NCBI RefSeq assembly: GCF_026210795.1
Contig: NC_089433.1
Coordinates: forward strand, 2,356,001-2,420,000
Origin: Rhizophagus irregularis
Lineage: Eukaryota
DNA length: 64,000 nt
Reading direction: 5' to 3'
Shown: positions 26,364-37,633 of the stretch, piece by piece
Layout of the letters: the number at the start of each line of letters is the position of its first letter
How positions within the stretch are numbered: the stretch's first letter is position 1
The notes under the pieces: model-generated
What the model was told of the DNA's origin: nothing
Seen by the model: only the letters and a program-made list of their open reading frames with translations
The model's database searches: none
Translations under genes and position numbers: made by a program

Positions 26364-26935
26364 TTTAATTTAGAACTTTTACGCGATTCGACTGATGAAT
26401 GCGAAAATTGGTAAAGAAAGTAAGAACGAAATCGTTGATCGTGAAAAGTAAGAGTACACTCCATACCAGGTGACCGGAACGATTATATAATTTTTGTTAG
26501 AAGTATACAGTTTAAATTCTCAAAGTTATCAAAGATAATAAATAAAATGAAGATCAATACTAAATAAATATAAACTATACAAATACAAATACTTGAAATT
26601 CTTTCCCCTCAAAAATAAAACTTTTGTATACATCCTCAAAAAATACAAAGTAAATCAACTTTTACTTTTTTACGCGATTATAGGTAATCAAATCAATTAA
26701 TTTAGAAAATAATGGCTAGATTTGCAAATATGACTTTTTTATTTAAAAAGAAATCCAAAGTGACACTACGGAAAAGCGAATTAAGAAATAATTTCATTTT
26801 CATTTTGTTTTTTTATCCGAGATATGAAATTGTCCTTTTTTTTTGTGTTAATTGGTACAATTATGGTTAATCACATTTTCGAAAATCAATATATATTGAT
26901 TCCAGGGCATTAAAAAAGGTTGACTTTACATAATG

Positions 26936-26941
<6 letters not shown>

Positions 26942-26974
<33 letters not shown>
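26942..26974. repeat. (TA)n microsatellite in the divergent promoter region
   Basis: About 16 TA units. Confidence 0.9.
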
Positions 26975-26977
<3 letters not shown>

Positions 26978-27712
26978 ATTTTATAAAAGTATTTTTAGAT
27001 TTATTGTATATAATAAAAGTGATTTAATTTTTACATCATAATTTTTTGTTTCAAAAACCAACTACATAATGAGGAGTCTAACCTAATTAGGTTAAATGAT
27101 AATTACTTAAATCTATTGAATAATTTATCAATGATAATTTTCATAACCAATGATTTTATCATCAAACGTAAAAAATATCTTGAGATGTTCAGTGGGAAAA
27201 ATGAGCAATGGGCGCAGTTTACTCACTATAGTACTCGGAGTTCAAGAAAATGATCATGCCCGATTTTTTATTATTGATATCAGTTATATATCTGCGGATA
27301 GATTCGTGAATTTTGATTGGCTATTCCAATCGCTAATCGCCACGATTTGATGACGTATACATGATTTTGGGCAGTGCACAAAGAGATTTGTGGAAACAAT
27401 GATCTGATGGAACCATACGATCAACTAGAAGCAGTATACAAATCTGCTGGTTCTTGTTTTCTCTCAACTCTACAATGTCCTTGCCACCCTATACCAAAAA
27501 CTAACATTTAGACTTTTAACTTTATAAACTACTTCTCTCACTATTAGTTAGTTTTAAAGCATTTTTTTAAATTTTCTTCCTCCAGTACTTTACCGGTAAG
27601 AGTCTGGTAAGTATTTATTCTTTATTATTATGCAAGGTATTTTCATTGTGTTTTCTTTACAATAACGAGATGTTAGCACCTACTACTTTTTCAAGCTGAA
27701 TAAAACGAAGAA

Positions 27713-29252
27713 ATGGACCAATACCCAAGTCGTGAGTTATATTTTTTATTATTTATTTAAAAAACAAAAGAAACAAATAGTAATAATCTGACACTAGATG
27801 CTGATTTCTTATATAGTCGCTTCGTCTCGTCGTAACTCTGCCGATTCTTCCGTTTCTACTGAGACTGTGTCATCGCAAACAACGCCAATATCTACTACAC
27901 CACCAACTCCTAGTGAGTTTGATACACATATCACAGCACTTCAGTCAGTTACAACAGCTCTTGTTTCAGACCAAGCTTCAAGAACACAATCAGCTGATGG
28001 CAGTGCTAGTTCAAGTCATAGAGAATCAAAAAGACATGGTGCTAAACCTCCTCGTCAACTTCAATGTTATAATTGCGGTATAAAAAATACACCACTCTGG
28101 CGTCGAACACCAGATAGAATGCATTCACTTTGTAATGCATGTGGGTTATATTTTAAACAGTATCATGTTCATAGACCTTTACATATTATACATAAAACTA
28201 GAACAACGTCAGCAAAATCTTATCCTTATATCTTACCCGCATCAAAAGAAGACGATGATGAAGATGAGGATACTGAAGATGATACTGATGTTGTTATGGA
28301 AGATTATTCTGACCAGTCATCCTCGGAACAACCATTAGGGCAGGAATCAAATGGTGAAGAGGTAGCACCAGAATTAGGATCCATCGATTCACCGACAAGA
28401 ACACCAACACCTACCCGTTCAATATCAGCGGTTTCTGAAAATACGTATATGCGTCCGACTGTAACGCAGACATCCACACCCGTTGCATCGCCAACCATAA
28501 GACCTGCAAATATGCCATCAACAGCCTTACCAAATACATCTTCCTTACCACCTCCATCTTTACATCCTTCAACTATACCACCTGCACCATCTACCACGAT
28601 AGCACCATCAACGATATCATCAACGATGGCTGATATACAAATTCAATGTGCTAATTGTGGCCAAACACAAACACCCTTATGGCGAAAGAATGATAAAGGA
28701 CAACCATTGTGTAATGCTTGTGGATTGTATGCTAAATTGCATAATAGAGACCGTCCTATCGCTATGCGTAAGTCAAAAATTCAACGTCGTCGTCGCGATT
28801 GGAACAAATATGGCCATATTGAAGATGGTCATAATACTGAAGATTCTATTGATGGCATAAATTCATTGAACGGAAGTCCGATGTCTTCAAATAAATCTAT
28901 TACATATCACACTATTCTTCCTAATCAACGACCTATAATGCCAATGATTATGTCGCCAAGTCATATTGCACCTGCTCTTTTAACTTTGGCTACAGCTGCT
29001 ACTTGTCAACGAGAACAAATTCTGATGGAAGAACGCCGTCAACAACAACAACAGATGCAGGTAGATACAACGGATGAACATAAAGATCAAAATCCTGTTC
29101 TTTCTGCTTTCCTTACGCCACAATTTGATAATAACGATGAATCCAAGTTCAAATCTTTCGTAGATCAAATGTCTAGAAAGGAGAAGGAAGATGCTTTGAG
29201 AATATTTGAAAGACGATGTGAAATTTTGAAAGAAGCTTTGGGAGATCCATAA
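27713..29252 (+). CDS. GATA transcription factor with two zinc fingers
   Basis: Exon 1 ATG at 27713 (19 nt, GTGAGT donor), exon 2 from 27817; CYNC-x18-CNAC and CANC-x17-CNAC fingers, the second followed by a basic tail [15 protein letters not shown]. Confidence 0.9.
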
Positions 29253-30813
29253 TAGGCTTTAATCAGTATCTCAAATTTCTTATTACGTTTGTCAAAGTAT
29301 TCCGGAGCTTTGTTGATTGAGTGTTAATAACAGGTGCAAATAAATATATATGTTTTACAATTTGAAGTCAAATGAACATTATATACTGATTATTTTAGTT
29401 ATTTTTACTTTATCGATTCATTTTCATGTTCCATTAAATAAAGGAACACATCTCATTATTCAGGTTATTGTTATGGACTATCTTGAAAAACTTTATTGAT
29501 AGAAAATTTTAAGATATTGTTTACATCAATTATATATTATTTCCTTTTTATCCCCGATTTTTTTAAAAAAAGTTTGTTGTCTTATCTTCGTGAATAAAAA
29601 GAAATATCAACTTTTTATATGTATTGTTACGTACATTTTCTGAATTTAGTTTCATTACTACATTTTTTTTATTCATCCCATCTTTTATTTCTTACTTTTT
29701 GTAGTGGCAATTTGTGATCATTATCAATATTTAGCCTGGTGTTTTTCAAAAATGAGAAACAAATTGTTACTAACAATAATTCATTTCTTTTCTTTTTGGT
29801 TAAGAAATAAAATATTTAGCTAGAAGTTCCCTTTTTTAGTTTGAAACTTAATTTATTTATTTTATTTTATTTTTCTTTTTTTTTTACATCAGTAACAATA
29901 TTAATTATTTTTTATTTGAGAGAGAGGATGATGTTTTTTTTATTAGTAAAAAATTTACTCATTAAGTAGGTTTAGATAGTAAATTTTGATGTATTTTGAA
30001 TTAGTCTGTATCGTTATATATATATATATACATTTATAAATTTTTTTAGTAAATATTTTGAATTTTTATAAGAGAAAGTTTTTTTTTTTAATTCAATAGC
30101 TTTTTATTATATTTATTATTATTTTTTTTTTACTTCATTTTTTCTAGAGAATTGTTTTTTTTTAAAAAAAAAATTTAAATAATAGTTTCGTTATGACATA
30201 TTTATAATTATCTAATATAATTTTTGATAAATTCCGGTAAAAATTAAAAAAAATTAGTAAAATATTTAAGCATAAAATTTATGATTTTTGATCAAAATTT
30301 TTTCTGCGGATTTCTCATCTATTTCAAAATTAAAATTATCTAAATTATCTATGTTATCTATGAAAAATATGATTGTCATACGACTCCAATCATTCCGGCA
30401 AAATAGTCAAATAATAATGAATACTTCTTTTGCATTAAATTGTTTCATAATATGCAGTGGTCCATGCCAATTGTTACAGATCGTTGTTGAAAGTGAAACA
30501 ATTTAATGGTTCGGAGGTAGATCAGTTCCATTTTATTTTATTTTATTATAGACATATTGGTGTTATTAATAATATACGCTTTCTAGATAATTCCTAGCTT
30601 CGAAATCGAAAAAGTTATCATGATTATCGTTGGCCGTTGAGGCGTTAAAGATCATTTTAGGAGACAAGGAAGAATCAATAAAGACAATTACAGATAAAGA
30701 TAATCAAACTGCATCATGTGATTTAATATTATGTTCTCACTAATTTCGATTTAATATACTTTATTTATTAAAATAAGTATTGTTATTCAGAAAATAGATA
30801 GCCAAAAGTATTT

Positions 30814-31553
30814 TTATTCTTTGTTTTCTTGGCTGAATTTAATACTGACACTATTCACACAATGTCGTTCATCAGCAGGTGTATGTTTCCAACCTTCACC
30901 CTAAATAAATAAATCATTTACTTTTTCAATATAACCAAAACTAGCAATAACATTTTTTATGAATAAATAAATAAATACCTTGAAAACGTGACCTAAGTGA
31001 CCACCACATGCAGCACATGTAATTTCTGTTCTTTTCATTCCTAATGAATTGTCTTCTTTACTATTTACTGCACCTAATTTATCAAGAAAAATAAACAATT
31101 TGAACAATATTAAAGTTATGAATGATGAAAATTAATTTTACCGGGAATGGATTCAAAAAATGCAGGCCAACCACAACCTGAATCGAATTTGGTGTCAGAA
31201 ACGTAAAGTGGTGTATCACACGCAGCGCAGTTATAAATTCCTGTTGTTTTGTTATACTTTATTAATAAAAGAAATTGAATCGTTATATATATATATATAT
31301 CACTATTATTACCTTTTCCTTTAAATTTATTGTATTCACCAGAACCTGGTGGTTCGGTTCCTTTTTGTCGAATTATACGAAATTGTTCTGGTGATAAAAT
31401 CACACGCCATTCATCTTCTGAACGTTCTTTTGACATTTTTCTATCTGACAAATTACTAGAATGATGGAATTGTGATAATGGAATTAAATTACGATGAACA
31501 AAAATATTTCTTTGAACCGATAATGATAGAATTTTAAAACGGTTAAGTAACAT
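30814..31553 (-). CDS. MXR2: Methionine-R-sulfoxide reductase MsrB (SelR) with a probable mitochondrial presequence; 4 exons
   Basis: [43 protein letters not shown]; basic, acid-free N-terminus before a second Met ([10 protein letters not shown]). Confidence 0.93.
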
Positions 31554-31731
31554 TTGAAATGAATTTATTTATTATATAACGTAAAATGAGATTTTCATTT
31601 TATAAATACATTTAAACATAATAGGTTAATTTGTATGCTATTGTAATGACAGAATTTTTAATTCTTATTCAACGTATATGATTACTATATTCGGTAATTA
31701 TTTTCTCCTTCATGTTTGATTACAAATTTGC

Positions 31732-32030
31732 AAATATTCGTCGTATGGTTTTTCTCAACAGTCAATATCACATAGTGATAAGATTGAATTCAGAAAAGAC
31801 AAGGAATATACAACGCTCTTAAGCTTTTATGCTCAACTAAGCCGAACTAACCAAGAGGAAAGCTCAAAGCTCAAGTACATTAAAAGTTCAAGCTTTAGTA
31901 GTTGGTTCGTTGACTGGAAATATACACCACTACTTATACTGTGTGCTTCCTTATGTGTCAATCGATAAATTACCTACTCTCTAGCATCTAATGTCAAAAC
32001 AATAGGAAGAGAGGTGAATCTATCCATCAA
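31732..32030 (-). ncRNA. SNR30: snR30/U17 box H/ACA snoRNA (18S rRNA processing); 5' end approximate
   Basis: 3' hairpin CGUUGU-AUAUUCCU (m1, 31802-31809)...AAACCAU (m2, 31745-31751)-ACGACG, then AUA+3 nt; upstream ANANNA box and further long hairpins. Confidence 0.75.
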
Positions 32031-32141
32031 ACCAATATGGCAAAATTTTTGTTTGAATTTGTTATTTATAAATAATTTAAACAATTATGGGATTTTTAAA
32101 CTTTGTAAACTTACAGCAATCACGTGATTTATACTATTACT

Positions 32142-32939
32142 CTACTCTATCAAGGAATTTAATATACTTGCACTATTACACACATTTTGGTCTTTAACTC
32201 CATTAGTATGAAGTAAATCCAACATCATTTCTGCTTTTTTTCGTTTTCCGAATAGTTGACTTTCTCTTTTTGCAGAAGCTAAATAATGTGCTGCTTTAAG
32301 GTGATGTCTTTCCTCAGCAGCTCTAATCCACCCCATAGAACTCTCTAATCTCATATATTGAATCGCTACTCCAAATAACGTTGCCGTAATTACAAATGCT
32401 GCGAAATAAGGGTTAGACATAAATCTTTCTGTTTTAGAAAACTCACCCTTATACGTATCATCATATTCTTTCCATTCTCGATAATAAGCATGATTAGAAA
32501 ATCGACTTCTATTAGATACATTGGATGAAGTAGCGGCGGTTATAACTGTGGGTGAATCCCATCCAACTCCAAATCTAAGGTACATTTCTTTTTTATGTTT
32601 ATTATTTAAAATCTCGTATGCTTTCACTATTTTTCGAAATCGTTCCGGTGATTTATCACAGTTTTTATCTGGATGATATATTTTAACCAATTCATAATAT
32701 CTGCTTTTTATTTCTTCATCGGACGCTGTTTTTGGTAACGCGAAAATATCAAATGGTGTTGGTGAAGGTATTGTTGCCCAATCTTTAAGTTTGTCGTTAG
32801 TTGTAACATAACGACGATCATGTTTCTTACTGCTTGAAATGCTTGAAATTGAATAGACTCTTGTTAGAATCACATTTTCATTATAAATGATACATTTTGT
32901 AAAAAATAGTCTCGGAATTGGTAAAACTTTGTAAGGCAT
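32142..32939 (-). CDS. J-domain (DnaJ/Hsp40-type) protein, Jid1-like, probably mitochondrial; intronless
   Basis: PTPFDIF..EIKSRYYELVKIYHPD..RFRKIVKAYEIL; one C-terminal hydrophobic helix. Confidence 0.85.
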   Translation of the reverse strand: MPYKVLPIPRLFFTKCIIYNENVILTRVYSISSISSSKKHDRRYVTTNDKLKDWATIPSPTPFDIFALPKTASDEEIKSRYYELVKIYHPDKNCDKSPERFRKIVKAYEILNNKHKKEMYLRFGVGWDSPTVITAATSSNVSNRSRFSNHAYYREWKEYDDTYKGEFSKTERFMSNPYFAAFVITATLFGVAIQYMRLESSMGWIRAAEERHHLKAAHYLASAKRESQLFGKRKKAEMMLDLLHTNGVKDQNVCNSASILNSLIE

Positions 32940-33122
32940 CTTTTTTCTCTTCTAAACTTGTGTTTGGGTTTTAAAAAACTTGAATATTCGTGAGCATTAG
33001 TAATAAATTTTCAGCTCGCCGATTACAAATAGTAATTAAAGTTACACAATTTGCAAATAAAAATTGAAATTTTTTTAGATCAAAAAAAAAAACTAAATTG
33101 TTCCTGTTATTATTAAAATAAA

Positions 33123-35831
33123 ATGCGTCCAAAATCAAAAAAAGATACAGGGCTTGGAAAAGCAATTATCAGAGATCGATTTAAGGGGAATACAAGGCCA
33201 AAAGACGGCGATACTTTCTTGGTATTTATAATTAACAATATTAATTCGTATTTTAAACTTACAGATATAAAATTCAAAGTATTGTATCAATTAAAAATAG
33301 CATACCACAGATTTGGATGATGGTGCGAGTTGGACAAAATTACGATCTATAACTCAACAGCGTGATTTGGATGAATTTTTGAGTACAGCTCAATTAGCAG
33401 GAACTCAATTTACCGCTGGTAATTTTTTGACATTTCTTTTTAATGCTTAATGGCAAGGTATTATAGAGTAATTCCAAATATTATAAACTGAACGTGAAGT
33501 TAATTATAATTAAATTATTTATATTGATTCTTGTTCTAATTAGAAAAGTTAAATATCAAGGTGGTAACAAACACTTACCACAATCCTTTTCTTCTGAGTG
33601 CTGAAAAGGAAAAGGAAGTTTTAGCAAGACAAGAAGCTAATATAGAAAGACTAGTAATACCAAGAAGGTATATTAAAAGAATAAAAATAATTTTTCTAAA
33701 TAAATACTGAGTTATATCGTGATTTTGTTAGGCCAAAATGGGATAAAACGACTACTCCTAGTCAATTAGAACGAAATGAAAGGGATGCATTTTTACAGTG
33801 GAGACGTGATTTAGCATTGTATGTAATCATTAATAATCCCAAGCACATTTTATTGCAATAAATGCCAACATTGTCTTAATCCATTTGAATACTAAATTTT
33901 TGTTAATAGTCTCCAAGAACAAGACGAATTTCTTCTAACACCATTTGAACGTAATCTAGAAGTATGGCGTCAATTGTGGCGCGTAATCGAAAGATCTGAT
34001 TTGGTGGTACAAATTGTTGATGCAAGAAACCCACTGTTTTTTCGATCAAAGGATTTAGAAAAATATGTTAAAGAAGTTAATGAAAAAAAAAAGAATTTGT
34101 TATTAATTAATAAAGCGGATCTATTAAGTGCTAATCAAAGGTGCGTGAACAAAATTATCATCACTTCAGTATATAACAATCGAAACCACGTTGTAAATTA
34201 TGCTATTTCTTCATAAGGCGTGCCTGGGCAGATTATCTTGATACACAAGGTATTCGATACATTTTCTTTTCTGCTTTTCTGGCACAAGAAAAACTTGACA
34301 AAGAACAATCAGAAGTGATGAATGCTGATAATAGTACACTTGAATCTCAGGATAACAGTAATGATGGAAGCAAATCAACAACTAAATGGTCTTCTGAAAA
34401 GGTAAAACAAATATTTCGTATACTTACTATATGCTAATATAAATAATGTTTTATTAATTTGTTTTATATTTAAAGCAGAATGTGAAAAATTCATGTAAAG
34501 ATGAGGATTCGGAAGATGACGCATACATCAATTTTAAAACTTTACCTAAGAAAGATCTAAACTCTGAGCACAATGTAGATGATAATGAAAAAGTACGAAT
34601 TAAAACAGTTACTAACCTAGTTTCTTTATTAGTTGCTGAAGCTCAGGATATTAAAGGTACATATTTAAATATAAATTAATGACCATTAAATTGGAAGCAA
34701 TTAACGGTACCTTCCATAATAGATTCTGCTGATCCCAATAAGAAACTAACAATTGGTTTAGTTGGATATCCAAATGTTGGCAAATCATCGACAATAAATG
34801 CTTTACTTGGAGAAAAACGAGTTTCAGTTTCATCAACTCCGGGAAAGACAAAGCATTTCCAAACTATTCATCTTTCACCTTCATTAGTATTATGTGATTG
34901 TCCCGGATTAGTATTCCCAAATTTTGCCACTACAAATGCTGATATGGTCTGCAATGGAGTGTTGCCGATAGATCAATTAAGGGAACATACTGGTCCTGTA
35001 GCGTTGGTTGTGCAACGAATACCTAAATCCGTTCTTGAAGTTGTTTATGGTATCAAAATTTGCACCAAATCACCAGAAGAAGGTGGAAATGGTATACCAA
35101 CAGCAGAAGAATTGTTGGTTGCTTATGCAGGTAAGGTTTGGTAAACCGCTCCAAGCCAATACAGGAAATCACATAATTTTTGTCGGAATTACAATTTGCA
35201 CTGAGAGTTATACAATTTTGGCTTGGATAAAATTCTCTTTAATAACCACTAACACAGTCTTTTAATTTAGGTGCGAGAGGATTCACGAAGTCGGGACACG
35301 GTAATCTTGACGAATCACGAGCAGCACGTTACATACTTAAAGATTATGTTAATGTAGTTTGCCATTTCGAATTTACTCTTTTTATTATTTTCTCAAGATT
35401 AAATTTTTTTTTGATTTTAGGGCAAACTTCCATTTTGTCATCCACCATTAGCTGAAATATCTCCGCTGGAATTCAACGCTGAATTACATAATTTGAAATT
35501 ATATACAAAAAAGACGTTACCACCTTCATCCACTATAACACATGAAGACGATATGTCAAAATCATTTACAGAAATAAATGTTAGTAGAAAATCTCGAGCC
35601 TTTGATAAATCATTTTTCAGCAATCGAGCACAATTACCAAAAATTAAAGGGAAATACGCAGGTGAATTTAGCAGAGTCAAATTATATTCTATCCACGATA
35701 AACTCAATGATGATGGAAAACCAAATGATGAAGGTGGATCACCATCTGTTTTAATATCATCTGCTAAAAAACATCACAAAAAAGGGAAAAAGAACGTGAA
35801 GAATCGTGGTGCAAATGGTTACGATATTTAA
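33123..35831 (+). CDS. LSG1: Large subunit GTPase 1 (60S export/maturation); multi-exon
   Basis: LTPFERNLEVWRQLWRVIERSDLVVQIVDARNP, NKAD, GYPNVGKSSTINAL, TPGKTKHFQT, DCPGLVFP. Confidence 0.95.
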
Positions 35832-35962
35832 TCACAACCAGTTTTGGAATTTGAGTATTTTAGTAAACTTAATTTTAATTATGTAAAATTTCTTAATCAA
35901 TTATAAGGAGCAAATTCACTTTTTTAAAATCTTTGTCATTTAAACCACTTCCAAAGCTAGTA

Positions 35963-36943
35963 TTAGGTTTTTTTTGCAAAATATTCTCTAATTGAAGGTG
36001 TAGATGTCCCTCCTTCAATTGATTTTTTCCCTTTTCCGCCGTACACCAACTTTCTTTTTTGTTTCACAAGATTAGTTTTTGTCCTAGTTATATCGTCTTT
36101 GTTAGCTGTATTTTCAAGGTCTGGCCAAGTCGGATTATCAATTTGGCTAAGGGAAATCATTCCTTTATTATAAAGGATTTGTCTGGCAGGTTTCCAATGC
36201 CATCTTACAATCGAAGGATAAAAGCCCAAAAGATTAGGATATACATTCCTTTCTAGCCATAGTCTGGTTTTTTCATTGGGATAACCGGAACCATATTTGT
36301 ACAAGTCGGGATCAGTTAAATTTTCTTCAATAAAACACCAATCTCTTAAAATATGGTCTCGAGTTACTTTTGCGCAAATACTTGCTGCACTAACGATAGG
36401 AAACTTATCGTCAGCAGCCTTCTCAACAATTATTTCCTGTTGGGGAAATTGTGCTGCGAGTAAATTCCTGTATTTTTCTGGTGGTCCAACCGTATCAACA
36501 TAAATTTTTTTAATGTTTACCCCAGTAATTATGACATCATGTATTAGTTGTATAGTGGAAGAGTGAGATTGTGCGTTGAGATTAATTTTATCACGTATAG
36601 TCATTGTTGAAATGTCTTGAGGTGACAAAGAACGTACTCCCCACCCAACATTATCTTGATTATTAATAATACGTTGAAGTAATAATTCTCTTTTTTTTTC
36701 GTCCAACTTTTTGCTGTCTTTATATTCCTCGTCTATCAATTCTTCATATTCGGAAATTGCACAATAAGCAACCCCAAAGCACATAGGACCAAGGACTGGT
36801 CCTCGACCAGCTTCGTCTACGCCAAGAATGCAGGGTTTCTGTGTTTCCAATAGTATTGTTGGTGTTGGCGAGTGATACGTGTATGATTCAGTCATAGGTC
36901 CAATTTTTACCGAAGGCGCTTTAAACTTGTTTTTGTCTTCCAT
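35963..36943 (-). CDS. RNH201: Ribonuclease H2 catalytic subunit A; intronless
   Basis: GVDEAGRGPVLGPM, DSKKL, YVDTVG, VSAASICAKVTRD, GSGYP; likely start MEDKNKF at 36943. Confidence 0.92.
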   Translation of the reverse strand: MEDKNKFKAPSVKIGPMTESYTYHSPTPTILLETQKPCILGVDEAGRGPVLGPMCFGVAYCAISEYEELIDEEYKDSKKLDEKKRELLLQRIINNQDNVGWGVRSLSPQDISTMTIRDKINLNAQSHSSTIQLIHDVIITGVNIKKIYVDTVGPPEKYRNLLAAQFPQQEIIVEKAADDKFPIVSAASICAKVTRDHILRDWCFIEENLTDPDLYKYGSGYPNEKTRLWLERNVYPNLLGFYPSIVRWHWKPARQILYNKGMISLSQIDNPTWPDLENTANKDDITRTKTNLVKQKRKLVYGGKGKKSIEGGTSTPSIREYFAKKT

Positions 36944-37633
36944 TTTGTAACTTTTTTCGTGTAAGCTCACTAGAAAGTTTTTTTGAACACGAGCTGTGAA
37001 TATTTTTATGTTTGTTATGTTTGTTATATTGCAAAATTTGCTTTCAATTAGAAAAGAATACGTAAATAAATACATACGAATTATACGTGACAAATTCGCG
37101 TATCCATCATTGATATTTATTTTGATCGTGTATTCAACATTATCACGTGTGTAGAATAGGCAAAGTTAAATTTACCGCCTAAAGCTATCCATTTATTCGG
37201 TTTCAGCAAATTTTTTTTACTACAACGAATATTCACAAAAACGAGAGATTTTCTTTATAGTAAACTTTTATATCAATACAAAAAAAGTTTCCTTTAAATT
37301 TTAAACAAGTATTATTTCTAATTTTTACATTCTTTTTTGCTCAAATTATACCTATAATTTCTTTATCTGATAATAACTTGGCATTTCATAATATAATCTT
37401 GTAAATTTAATTCCTTATACAAATAATTTTATTGTTATCACTTATCATCAATTTTGTATTTAAATGTAATTTGTAAATAATATATCCAACAATTCATATA
37501 ATATTTACTATAACAAGTATAAATTTTATAATATATATTTCTATAGTAAAATTTTTATTTTTTAAATTATTATATTCAAAGAAAATGGTATTCCTTGTAA
37601 AAGGAAAGATTACATGAATTTACATATTCCTAT

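Noticed and set aside
30814..31553. MsrB as a selenoprotein
   Set aside because: The catalytic residue is a normal Cys codon (RHCVNS) and there is no in-frame TGA.
13060..35831. U12-type (minor) introns
   Set aside because: None of the donors I traced match RTATCCTT; all appear to be U2-type GT-AG.
35963..36010. C-terminal PIP-like motif (SIREYF) on RNase H2A as an archaeal-type novelty
   Set aside because: As I recall, similar C-terminal motifs occur in other eukaryotic RNase H2A proteins, so it is not distinctive.
36944..37093. 50-aa N-terminal extension of RNase H2A in the ORF track
   Set aside because: It starts at a non-preferred upstream codon in AT-rich promoter/UTR-like sequence. 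The ATG at 36943 has better context (AAAATGG).
37080..37150. CACGTG and CGCG motifs upstream of RNase H2A as cell-cycle elements
   Set aside because: These short motifs also occur often in the TE regions, so the evidence is insufficient.
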